A stretch of 32,000 bases of DNA, from NCBI GenBank assembly GCA_030688545.1, contig JAUYHT010000008.1, forward strand, positions 60,001-92,000. The letters run 5' to 3'. Both the position numbers and the translations under genes were made by a program. The notes beneath the pieces are model-generated. The model saw only the letters and a list, made by a program, of their open reading frames with translations. It had not been told where the DNA came from and ran no database searches. This document shows positions 22,725 through 30,585 of the stretch, piece after piece; the first letter of the stretch is position 1; every line of letters starts with the position of its first letter. Source of the DNA: Candidatus Iainarchaeum sp. (GTDB lineage Archaea > Iainarchaeota > Iainarchaeia > Iainarchaeales > VGJJ01).

Positions 22725-23644
22725 GCGCTCACCCCTAGGAATGCTCCGATCACCACGCGGGAGACGAAGAACACCATGTAAGCAACCAGTAGCAACAAGG
22801 GGGCGTATAAAAGGCTTTTGGATACTCGGCCGTCGCGCATCACCCCCACGATGACCGCGGTGGCGATGGCGAGGATGAAGATGTAGCCCTTCAAGGCGAG
22901 AACAATGAGGTCGCGCGCGTTTTGGATGGCCAGGAGACGGATGCCGGTTAACCCCCCTGCTTGAGAGGAGGTGGTGATGAGGAATTGGACAATAACGGAG
23001 ACCAGGCCGAAGATGAAAGGAGCTACGATAATACCAGCCGTGACCATGAAGATGACCTGAAGAATGGTTTTGGTTTTCCGCTCCTGGGCGATGCGGTTCA
23101 TCTCCCGCACATCCCCCGCAATGTCATCGAGGATGTCCGCTAGCGCCGCGCCCGCGCGGACCGTATCCACGATGATGGTGATGACCCGGCGAATGAGCTT
23201 GGACTCCACCACGCGCGACATGGAGAACATGGCATTCTCGAAATTCTCGCCTTCCTCGAGTTTACGCAATACCTTCTTCATCTCATCGGAGAGGGGACCA
23301 TACTGGGAATTGGCGACCTCGCGCAAGGCATACTCATACGTGGCCCCCGTCTTGAGGGTGTCGGAGATCTGCTTGAGGGCATCGGGAAAACTCTCCTCAA
23401 TGAGTTCGATGCGGCGGCGCCCTTTCAAATAAGGAACACCAATCATCATGTCCAGGACGATGAACAAACCCAAGAGAGCGAAAATAGGCTCGTTGATTCC
23501 AATGATCTGAGTTCCGAAGAAGATCAGGGCGCCCGCGGCGAGGGACGCGATGAATGATCCCAATACCCAGAGCATCACCGGAACATCGATGCCGGCCTGG
23601 AGGAGGTAATATTCGTAGTGGTCGATGAGCGTTCTTTTTTCCAT
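22721..23644 (-). CDS. Type II secretion system F-domain platform protein (TadC/FlaJ-like, single domain), 307 aa
   Basis: FPDALKQISDTLKTGATYEYALREVANSQYGPLSDEMKKVLRKLEEGENFENAM...RAGAALADIL matches the T2SSF pattern, flanked by TM helices. Confidence 0.85.
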   Translation of the reverse strand: MEKRTLIDHYEYYLLQAGIDVPVMLWVLGSFIASLAAGALIFFGTQIIGINEPIFALLGLFIVLDMMIGVPYLKGRRRIELIEESFPDALKQISDTLKTGATYEYALREVANSQYGPLSDEMKKVLRKLEEGENFENAMFSMSRVVESKLIRRVITIIVDTVRAGAALADILDDIAGDVREMNRIAQERKTKTILQVIFMVTAGIIVAPFIFGLVSVIVQFLITTSSQAGGLTGIRLLAIQNARDLIVLALKGYIFILAIATAVIVGVMRDGRVSKSLLYAPLLLLVAYMVFFVSRVVIGAFLGVSA

Positions 23645-23647
23645 GGT

Positions 23648-24841
23648 TCACACCCTCGGCTGGGACACATAAAGGTAGTAGGCGATCATCCCCAGGATGG
23701 CAGGCATGAGGAGGAAGAAGTACATGAGCACGACGATGGGAGTCAGAGGGATCGCGAAACCTAATGGAAGGCCGCTGTTGGCGATCGCAGCCATAACCCC
23801 CACAAAAACAGGAGCGACGATGCCCATAAAGATGAAAATGACCCCGAAGAAGTTGAGGCGCTCGGCGTAATCGCGGACCTTCATCTGCAACTCAAAACTT
23901 ACATCGGTGGCGATCGTGCCCATGATCTCGGAAAGGTTTCCTCCCGTGCGGAGGGCCCGGATGACATGACGCAAGGCATTGGCGAGGGGACGCGATTGGG
24001 TGCGGGCCGCGAAATGGCGCAAGGCATCCCGGGTATCGGTGCCTTCCTCTATTTCCGCAATGGTGCGAGAAAATTCCTCGGATAACACCCCATAATCGGC
24101 CTTGGCAATCGTCTGAATAGTCTTATACAACCCTATCCCCGCCCGCAGTTCGGTGGCCATATGACGCAAAGCAAAAGGGAGTTCGGTGCTGCATTGCTCC
24201 CCCCGCTGACGGGCAATTTCAGAAGGTATGAGGAAACCGACGATGATGGTGAGGAGGGAGAGAAAAATGGCCCCCAACAAAGGGAGTAGGATACTCAAAC
24301 CGAGTATGAGAGGGGAGAGCTGCAACCCTTGTTGCTCGCCCAGGAAACGGAGGAGGAAAAAGAGGAGCTCGCCGAAAACGAAGGAGACGATGAACACCAA
24401 CACCGATGCCACCGTGATCATCGCCACCCATTGGCGCGCGGAATAAGGGAGGTTGGCGGAGTATAAGTAATAGTTGAGCGTCTTCATCTGGGGAAATTTC
24501 TCTATCACTTTCCCCAGTCGCTCGAACACACCCTGGAAGGAAAGATGCATGCCTCCCAGGAGACGAGCGAAAGGACTTTTCATGTCACGCAAGGCTTCTA
24601 TGCCCTGCACATCCACCTTCTTCCGCTCATCGGAGATGATGCCCTTGAGTTCGCCCAGGCGCCCATGCACCTCGTTGAACTCCAATCCTTCTTTCTTGTA
24701 GCGGTCCTTCATCCGCTCAACAATTTTCTCAATCTGCTTCTCCTGAATCACATCCTCATTGGCGGATTCGAGAAAGCCCTTTCGCTTCTTCTTTTTCTGC
24801 TCCTCAATCCGTTCACGGATACCGGAGATGTCGGCGGGCAT
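23648..24841 (-). CDS. Type II secretion system F-domain platform protein (TadB/FlaJ-like, single domain), 397 aa
   Basis: LPFALRHMATELRAGIGLYKTIQTIAKADYGVLSEEFSRTIAEIEEGTDTRDAL...RTGGNLSEIM matches the T2SSF pattern with TM helices. The ATG shares 1 nt with the ATPase stop (TGATG). Confidence 0.85.
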   Translation of the reverse strand: MPADISGIRERIEEQKKKKRKGFLESANEDVIQEKQIEKIVERMKDRYKKEGLEFNEVHGRLGELKGIISDERKKVDVQGIEALRDMKSPFARLLGGMHLSFQGVFERLGKVIEKFPQMKTLNYYLYSANLPYSARQWVAMITVASVLVFIVSFVFGELLFFLLRFLGEQQGLQLSPLILGLSILLPLLGAIFLSLLTIIVGFLIPSEIARQRGEQCSTELPFALRHMATELRAGIGLYKTIQTIAKADYGVLSEEFSRTIAEIEEGTDTRDALRHFAARTQSRPLANALRHVIRALRTGGNLSEIMGTIATDVSFELQMKVRDYAERLNFFGVIFIFMGIVAPVFVGVMAAIANSGLPLGFAIPLTPIVVLMYFFLLMPAILGMIAYYLYVSQPRV

Positions 24842-26655
24842 CAGAGTTCCCCCACGTACTGCTGGGCGGCATGCGACACATCCGCCATATCCCTTAACCC
24901 GCGATCCACCATACTTTGGAGGAAACGTTCCCGACGTTTTAATTCTGCCTCCAATTCCTCCACGGATTTGCCGGATAGGGAGGAAAGCCGGTCTAAATAC
25001 TGAACGGGAAGGCTGGAACGCTGGAGCTCATCCTTGATGGGATCCCAGGAGAACACCGCATGAGTTTTTGGTTTTCCCTCGATGACCCCCGTGACCTCTG
25101 AAATCTCGGTGATGCGGCGATAGGAACCGCGATGGGCTGAATGAAAGAGGTTTTCAACAATCACAAAATTCAAGCCGGAGAGCATGGCCTGGGGAACATC
25201 CATGGGGGGACTAGTCACGCGCACTAATGTTTCGGCCGCGGAGTTGGCGTGGATGGTTCCTAAACTACCATCATGTCCCGTATTCATGGCGGTGAACAAG
25301 GAGAAGGCCTCGTTGTGCCGCACTTCCCCCACGATGATACGATCGGGACGCATGCGCAGGGAATTTTTAGTAAGGATGTCCAGGGTGATTTCCCCTTTCC
25401 CCTCCAACCCGGGAGGACGCCCTTCCAGGCGGATCCAGTGACGGAGGGGAAGGTTTAATTCAGACGTGTCCTCGATGGAAATGACGCGTTCGCTGGCGGG
25501 GATGAAGGAACATAAGACGTTCAACAAGGTTGTCTTCCCTGAACTCGTGCCCCCGGATATCAGCATGTTGGCGGGTTGCGTGCGCATCCCATCGACGCAC
25601 AACCAAAGGAAGGCAGCGGACTCCACGTTCAACGTTTTGTAGGAAATGAGGTCGATTAAAGAATAAGGGTCCTCCCTGAATTTTCGCACCGTCAATGTGG
25701 AACCTGAAACCGAGGCGGGAGGAATGGTGGCATTCACGCGCGACCCATCGAGGAGACGCGCATCCAAAAGAGGAGAGGAGATGTCCACGCGTCGTCCTAT
25801 CTCCCGGGCGATACGGTTGATGATGTCTTCAATTTCCCCATCACTTGAGAACTGCACATTGGTCATCATCATGTCGTATTTACGATGAAAAACATACACG
25901 GGTTGAGTGGGACCGATGACCATTATTTCCTCGAGGAGATCATCCTTGATCAGGGCATCAATCAACCCATAACCCACCATCTCGGAGACTACTGCTTCCG
26001 CATAAAAGGAGAACTTATGGGAAGGAACCTTCAATTCGGGGGAAACGCGCAGGATGTCCTTGACCTGTTGGGCGTAGACATTGCGCTTCTGGATGGGATC
26101 ACGAATACGGTAGGGGGTGATGCTGATGAGACGGGTCGTGGCCTCTTTCAAGGTGTTGATGATGGCGCGCTCGCTGATGGTGGGACGGGCGACGGGCACC
26201 CAATAGTAGAGCAGAGGCTCATCCTGGACGCGGTAAATCTTGGTTTCCCCATATTCCTCCAATAATGTCTTGGGCTTCCCCTCCATGACCTGCTCGAAAG
26301 AGGTTTCGGATGCGGTTTGAGCATCCTTGAATGATTGCACCAACCCTTTTGTTGGGAGAGCGAGATCTTCCTTGAGGGGGGGCAAGGAAATGTTTTGGGG
26401 GGAATCTTGCGGGAGGGAGGCGGGAGCGGGAGCGTTTTCCGTGGGGGAAGCATTGGAGGGAATGGAAGAACGGAGCTGATTGATTTTCTGGAGGAGCGCA
26501 TCCAGGTTTTCAGGCTGCGTAGGAGGGGGAATTTCATCCGCGACCCGGGAGACGAGGGGTTTGGAAGAGGAAGCGGAGGGCGGAGTGGAAGGGGGTTTGG
26601 CTCCCTTGCCGGTTACCAAGTCCTTAAGGTAATCTTTAGTAGATTTGCCAGCCAT
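24841..26655 (-). CDS. Type IV pilus/archaellum-type secretion ATPase (FlaI/PilB/VirB11 superfamily) with about 120-aa Pro/Ser-rich N-terminal extension
   Basis: Walker A ISGGTSSGKTTLLNVL, Walker B region RPDRIIVGEVR, His box GHDGSLGTIHANS. ATG 26655 preferred over the track GTG 26667. TTTATATA box at 26686-26693. Confidence 0.95.
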   Translation of the reverse strand: MAGKSTKDYLKDLVTGKGAKPPSTPPSASSSKPLVSRVADEIPPPTQPENLDALLQKINQLRSSIPSNASPTENAPAPASLPQDSPQNISLPPLKEDLALPTKGLVQSFKDAQTASETSFEQVMEGKPKTLLEEYGETKIYRVQDEPLLYYWVPVARPTISERAIINTLKEATTRLISITPYRIRDPIQKRNVYAQQVKDILRVSPELKVPSHKFSFYAEAVVSEMVGYGLIDALIKDDLLEEIMVIGPTQPVYVFHRKYDMMMTNVQFSSDGEIEDIINRIAREIGRRVDISSPLLDARLLDGSRVNATIPPASVSGSTLTVRKFREDPYSLIDLISYKTLNVESAAFLWLCVDGMRTQPANMLISGGTSSGKTTLLNVLCSFIPASERVISIEDTSELNLPLRHWIRLEGRPPGLEGKGEITLDILTKNSLRMRPDRIIVGEVRHNEAFSLFTAMNTGHDGSLGTIHANSAAETLVRVTSPPMDVPQAMLSGLNFVIVENLFHSAHRGSYRRITEISEVTGVIEGKPKTHAVFSWDPIKDELQRSSLPVQYLDRLSSLSGKSVEELEAELKRRERFLQSMVDRGLRDMADVSHAAQQYVGEL

Positions 26656-26685
26656 ATATGCTCCCACGGGAAGGAAGAATTGGCC

Positions 26686-26693
26686 TATATAAA
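26686..26693 (-). promoter_or_regulatory. TATA box for the pilus operon (ATPase first gene)
   Basis: TTTATATA (minus strand) centred about 34 nt before ATG 26655. Confidence 0.4.
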
Positions 26694-26737
26694 GGCGAGT
26701 TTTGGGGGGAAAAGAAGGAAAGGAGGGAAGGCCCCCG

Positions 26738-26745
26738 TTTAAATA
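26738..26745 (+). promoter_or_regulatory. TATA box for 26784-27209
   Basis: TTTAAATA centred about 42 nt before ATG 26784. Confidence 0.4.
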
Positions 26746-26783
26746 GAAGAAGGGAATGGTGGGAGAAGCAGGAGCGTGGAACG

Positions 26784-27209
26784 ATGCGACGCATCATGGT
26801 TTTCCGGTTGGGTTCAAGGGATGTTCATTTACCGAAGCTCTTCGGAGCATTCATCATGCTCGCCGCCACGCTCATGCTTTTGCAATCCCTGACAAGTATG
26901 TTTGGGTCATGGGAAAACGTGAAGGAAATCCATGGGTGTATCGATGCCGCCAACGCGGGGGCCGCGAGCATCACCACGTGCCAGACCCAAGCGTATTATG
27001 CGTTCGGAATATTATTGCGCGCGGGACAATACAGATTAACGGATATGCAGATCGCATCTGGATTACTGACGCCCATTGCGATGGTGTTCTTCTGGGTCGC
27101 CATGCTGATCATCGGGGTCGCGTTCTACCGCTCCTGGCGGATGACGTTGCCGGTGGAAGAAAATACTTTTCGAGTGAAATCATCAGCGACATGGAAGAAG
27201 AAGCGATAA
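26784..27209 (+). CDS. Small membrane protein (about 3 TM), unknown function, 141 aa
   Basis: ATG 26784 (MRRIMVFRLGSRDVHLPKLFGAFIMLAATLMLL...). TTTAAATA box 26738-26745. Divergent from the pilus ATPase. The competing frame 26756-27391 has junk composition and runs into dnaG. Confidence 0.55.
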   Translation: MRRIMVFRLGSRDVHLPKLFGAFIMLAATLMLLQSLTSMFGSWENVKEIHGCIDAANAGAASITTCQTQAYYAFGILLRAGQYRLTDMQIASGLLTPIAMVFFWVAMLIIGVAFYRSWRMTLPVEENTFRVKSSATWKKKR

Positions 27210-27218
27210 AAAAAGAAT

Positions 27219-27253
27219 GGGGGGAAAATGGCCCCCCGGTTATTTTTTATTTG
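27219..27253. terminator. G6/C6 hairpin plus T-rich tract between convergent genes
   Basis: gggggg-aaaatgg-cccccc (27219-27237), then ggttattttttattt. Sits between the stops of 26784-27209 (+) and dnaG (-). Confidence 0.35.
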
Positions 27254-27281
27254 ATATTGGTTGGATTAGATGACGGAATGC

Positions 27282-28754
27282 TCATTCCAAAACCAATGTT
27301 TTCACGGGCGAATCCGCGAATTTCCCACGCTTCACGCCCACAACTAGATCAACACCGGCCTTTCCCGCGGCATCGACGAGACGCTTGGTGATGATCCCAT
27401 CGTACACGATGACATGGACGTTTTTGGCATCCTTCAATTTGGCCACGAGGGTGCGCACGGGAACCTCTTCCAACACCTTATGTTTGGCATCCAAGAAAAG
27501 GGAAATCTTCTTCCCCTTTACCTTTTCGAGGAAAGGGAAATAGGCCCCCTTTTCTTCAGACGAGATGATGGGCGCCGATTCGGTGACGCTCGGTATGTCA
27601 AAGGTGGGGAGCTTTTCCCTGTTGGATGGTTGGAAGGAACGACGCTCGCTTTCATGGGTTGGTGGTTGAGGAACATCCCCAAACGTGCGGTGAATGCGCA
27701 CCGGTCCGCGAGTGGAAGGAGGGTGGCGGCCGGCTTTCCGCGGATCCATCCCGGATGGGGGGCTGATATCGCGGAAATGAGTTTGAGTCCCCAATCCCGG
27801 GGTGGGGCGTCTGAACCCTACTGCGGGGGAAGGAGCAGGCCATTGGGAAAAAGTTGGTTGGGGGGTATCCGGGCGGCGCTCAGGAAAGGAACGCTGGCTC
27901 CTCCCTAACTCGCGAGAGGAAACCCCTTGGTCCTGCAAGAACTCCTCAATTACCCGGCGGCGGCGGAGGGCCTGGATGATCTCCTTCTGCTGGAGCTCCT
28001 CCACTTCCTTCCCATCGGGGGCCTGCGCCACCGTTTCGACGCGGGCCAATTGGATGAGCTTGCGCGCATTCAATACTCCCCCACGATCGCCATCCACAAA
28101 GAGGACGAGGGGCTTACGCTTGGAGAGGGCAATGATATCGGATGCAATTTTTGATCCTCCCATTCCAATGACGTTTTTGAAGCCATGACGGAGTAAATTC
28201 AAAACGTCCGCACGACCTTCCACCACAATCACTTCCTCCGCCGTGTCAATATCGGGACCCGCGGGAAGTTTTTCCCGGCCGTACTCCACGAGGTTGCCCA
28301 CGCGGAGCTGGGAACGAATTTCCTGAGTTAGAGTATCTATTTCGGGAGCGGAATCCAGCTTCATGCGCTGCAACAGCTCCTTGGCCCGCTTGGCGATGTC
28401 ATCGCGCTTGCTCTTGCGCACATCATCAATGGTTTGAGTGACAAAGCTGGATTCGCAGGGACCCACTTTGTCCACGGTTTCGATGGCGGCCGCCAATACG
28501 GAGGTCTCCGCCATGTCCATGGAGGTGGGCACATGAATCTCTCCCGAGGTGTTACCCCCATCCTGGCGGACGGACACTTCAATCCGACCGACACGCCCCT
28601 TTTTCTGGAGCTCACGGAGATCCATTTCCTCACCTAAAAGGCCTTCGGATTGCCCAAAGACCGCGCCCACGATATCGGGCTTGTCGACGATGCCTTTGAT
28701 TTGAAATTTAATCTTGATGAGGTACTTGACCGCATCCACATATGTTTTTGCCAT
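27282..28754 (-). CDS. dnaG: Archaeal DnaG-type primase (Toprim) with long Pro-rich internal linker, 490 aa
   Basis: N-terminal MAKTYVDAVKYLIKIKFQIKGIVDKPDIVGAVFGQSEGLLG; Toprim VVEGRADVLNL...FVDGDRGG; C-terminal YDGIITKRLVDAAGKAGVDLVVGV. Confidence 0.93.
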   Translation of the reverse strand: MAKTYVDAVKYLIKIKFQIKGIVDKPDIVGAVFGQSEGLLGEEMDLRELQKKGRVGRIEVSVRQDGGNTSGEIHVPTSMDMAETSVLAAAIETVDKVGPCESSFVTQTIDDVRKSKRDDIAKRAKELLQRMKLDSAPEIDTLTQEIRSQLRVGNLVEYGREKLPAGPDIDTAEEVIVVEGRADVLNLLRHGFKNVIGMGGSKIASDIIALSKRKPLVLFVDGDRGGVLNARKLIQLARVETVAQAPDGKEVEELQQKEIIQALRRRRVIEEFLQDQGVSSRELGRSQRSFPERRPDTPQPTFSQWPAPSPAVGFRRPTPGLGTQTHFRDISPPSGMDPRKAGRHPPSTRGPVRIHRTFGDVPQPPTHESERRSFQPSNREKLPTFDIPSVTESAPIISSEEKGAYFPFLEKVKGKKISLFLDAKHKVLEEVPVRTLVAKLKDAKNVHVIVYDGIITKRLVDAAGKAGVDLVVGVKRGKFADSPVKTLVLE

Positions 28755-28778
28755 GTTGGTATCACTCGCAGTGTTTGT

Positions 28779-29165
28779 TCAGTTTTCTTTTGGAAGACGT
28801 CGGCGGGCGAGTACGCGAAACAGGTCGCGTTGAGAAAGGCCTATTTCAAGCACCTTGCGGTGGGAGGAATGGCCCCTCACGATGTTGGTGGGCGCGCCCA
28901 ACAGGCGCGCGCATTCGTGTTCTATTTCACGATTAGCCAACCCGCCTTGAGGGGACGCATGGACGTGGAGAATCCATTCTCCGGTCCAGGCATCCGGTTC
29001 AACAAAACCGAAGACAGGTTTCCGAGTTCGAACCCGGACCCGTAAAAGGGTTTTATTGGAAACAGGTTTGAGGCCACCTAGTGAATAAACGTGAATCATC
29101 AATTGCCCGCCCGAGCGGACTTCTATCAATAATGGCTGGAATGGGTTTTTTAAACAAAATGGCAT
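28779..29165 (-). CDS. DUF167 (YggU-like) protein, about 128 aa
   Basis: ASPQGGLANREIEHECARLLGAPTNIVRGHSSHRKVLEI matches the DUF167 core. ATG 29165 chosen because the track start 29219 would overlap the divergent hjc start and its TATA box. ATG 29099 is a further alternative. Confidence 0.75.
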   Translation of the reverse strand: MPFCLKNPFQPLLIEVRSGGQLMIHVYSLGGLKPVSNKTLLRVRVRTRKPVFGFVEPDAWTGEWILHVHASPQGGLANREIEHECARLLGAPTNIVRGHSSHRKVLEIGLSQRDLFRVLARRRLPKEN

Positions 29166-29184
29166 TTGGGGGCGAAAAAGGCCC

Positions 29185-29191
29185 TTAAATA
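29185..29191. promoter_or_regulatory. Single shared TATA box between divergent hjc and the DUF167 gene
   Basis: ggccc-TTAAATA-ggcc. The centre is about 23 nt from ATG 29165 (minus) and about 25 nt from ATG 29213 (plus). Confidence 0.45.
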
Positions 29192-29212
29192 GGCCAAAAG
29201 GATAGGGGGGGT

Positions 29213-29632
29213 ATGACATTCTACACCAAGGGAGCTAATGCCGAAAGGGAATTATTGATGCTCCTTTATGCCGCGGGAATGGCCGTTTGTCGGGCCGCGG
29301 GATCGGGAAAAGGGAAGAATAACATCCCCACTCCCGATGCTATCGCTTTGCGGGGAGGGAAGATCTATGCATTCGAATGCAAGGCCTGGAAGAAAGGGAG
29401 CCTGCACATCTCCCACCAGCAGATGAATGATTTGGAGGCATGGTGCGGAATGGCGGGAGCGGAGTTGGTGATCGCGTGGAAGATCCCCCGGAAAGGGTGG
29501 TGGTTTTTCACCAAAAAGGATTTGCGGCCACTGGAGAAGAGCTATGGAATAACGCAAGGAGAAGCGTTTGCCAAGGGGAAGCGAATCGCGCACTTTACGC
29601 ATGTTCCACTAGTGGTGGGGGAACTGACGTAG
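29213..29632 (+). CDS. hjc: Holliday junction resolvase Hjc, 139 aa
   Basis: KGANAERELLMLLYAAGMAVCRAAGSGKG...PDAIALRGGKIYAFECKA carries the E...D...ExK nuclease motif arrangement typical of archaeal Hjc. Confidence 0.9.
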   Translation: MTFYTKGANAERELLMLLYAAGMAVCRAAGSGKGKNNIPTPDAIALRGGKIYAFECKAWKKGSLHISHQQMNDLEAWCGMAGAELVIAWKIPRKGWWFFTKKDLRPLEKSYGITQGEAFAKGKRIAHFTHVPLVVGELT

Positions 29633-29662
29633 GCTTAAATGCCTGTAGGAGGGGAATAGGGT

Positions 29663-29821
29663 ATGGAACCCCTGGAAGTCATCATTGAGGAATTAGAACA
29701 ACTGCGGAACAAACAACCCTCCTACCGGGCCCGCGTGTACCTGGAATGGGCTATTGAGAATCTGAACAAATTCGACACCCTTGAAAAAGAAGGGATTGTC
29801 AATCGAAGCAAGAAGCAGTGA
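29663..29821 (+). CDS. Small helical protein, 52 aa (below ORF-track cutoff)
   Basis: ATG 29663 preceded by GGAGGGG. MEPLEVIIEELEQLRNKQPSYRARVYLEWAIENLNKFDTLEKEGIVNRSKKQ. TGA at 29819-29821. 30 nt downstream of hjc on the same strand. Confidence 0.4.
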   Translation: MEPLEVIIEELEQLRNKQPSYRARVYLEWAIENLNKFDTLEKEGIVNRSKKQ

Positions 29822-29860
29822 TTATTCCATTGAAAAAAATATTACTCCATTGAAAAAAAC
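29821..29860. repeat. Tandem 20-bp repeat (2 copies, 18 of 20 identical)
   Basis: attattccattgaaaaaaat / attactccattgaaaaaaac. On the minus strand this gives two T7 runs directly downstream of 29893-30579. Confidence 0.85.
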
Positions 29861-29892
29861 CCTAATTGCAAATCTTCTTGGCCCGGCATGCC

Positions 29893-30579
29893 TCACACCA
29901 GCGTAGCGACGAACATTAGAGTGACCCCGATCATGCCCATGACGATGAAGATGAGCACGGAATCGATGGCGATGGTGGCGCCGAAGTTGACGATGAAGAG
30001 GTAGAGGTCGGCGAGGATGAAGAGCAATCCTACTCCCAGGAGGAGCATGCTGGTGAGCCTGTTCTGCGTGCCGATGCCGCGGAGTTTTATTTCATCCTGG
30101 TCAACCTTGACCTGCTGCATATCCTTCCCCAATTCATTCACGCGCATGCGGATGCGCTCGGAGAGATCAGTGAATTTCTGGACCACATCCACTGTCTGAG
30201 TTTCAAAGGTACGGCGCTGCTTGGAGACCTCATTCTCATAGGATTGGAGATCGGCTTTGATCTGCTCGAACATCTGGTGGCCCACGGCCTGCATGGAGGT
30301 TTGGGTTTCCTTCTGAATGAATTGCTTGAGGGCCTCTTTCTCCTTTTCGACGTCCAGCTTGACGAGCTTGTTAATTTCGTTCTGGAGGAGAGCGAAGGTA
30401 TCGGCCTGGGCGAGGAGGAGGAGACGCTGGGCCTTCTTGGGTTCGACCCCCAATTGGTTGAGGGTTTGGATGATGGCATCCTCGGATTCGCCCTCGCGCA
30501 CCATGTTCTGGATAATTTCAATGATGCTGGGAGGCGTTCCGGGTTTGGGGGTGGTTTGAGTAGGAGGAATCGAGGGCAT
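29893..30579 (-). CDS. Coiled-coil protein with C-terminal membrane helices, unknown function, 228 aa
   Basis: Pro/Thr-rich start, a small three-helix-like segment (IIEIIQNMVREGESEDAIIQTLNQLGVEPKKAQRLLLLA), a long heptad-like region, then two hydrophobic helices at the C-terminus. Confidence 0.6.
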   Translation of the reverse strand: MPSIPPTQTTPKPGTPPSIIEIIQNMVREGESEDAIIQTLNQLGVEPKKAQRLLLLAQADTFALLQNEINKLVKLDVEKEKEALKQFIQKETQTSMQAVGHQMFEQIKADLQSYENEVSKQRRTFETQTVDVVQKFTDLSERIRMRVNELGKDMQQVKVDQDEIKLRGIGTQNRLTSMLLLGVGLLFILADLYLFIVNFGATIAIDSVLIFIVMGMIGVTLMFVATLV

Positions 30580-30585
30580 GGAGGG

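Noticed and set aside
22114-22854. 246-aa plus-strand ORF antisense to the peptidase start, the three short pilins and the end of the T2SSF gene
   Set aside because: For the same reasons: the minus-strand genes have SD motifs, ATGA coupling and family motifs. The antisense product is Ser/Thr/Met/Cys-rich junk.
26756-27391. 211-aa plus-strand ORF in a different frame from 26784-27209
   Set aside because: The His/Arg/Gly-rich junk composition has no TM or domain signature, and the ORF runs 110 nt into the converging dnaG gene. The alternative frame encodes a plausible 3-TM protein.
29021-29038. tRNA T-arm-like sequence tccgagttcgaacccgga (and ggttcggaattcgaacc at 15148-15164)
   Set aside because: No acceptor, D or anticodon arms can be folded around either. 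The first lies inside the well-supported DUF167 coding frame, and the second is better explained as a promoter palindrome.
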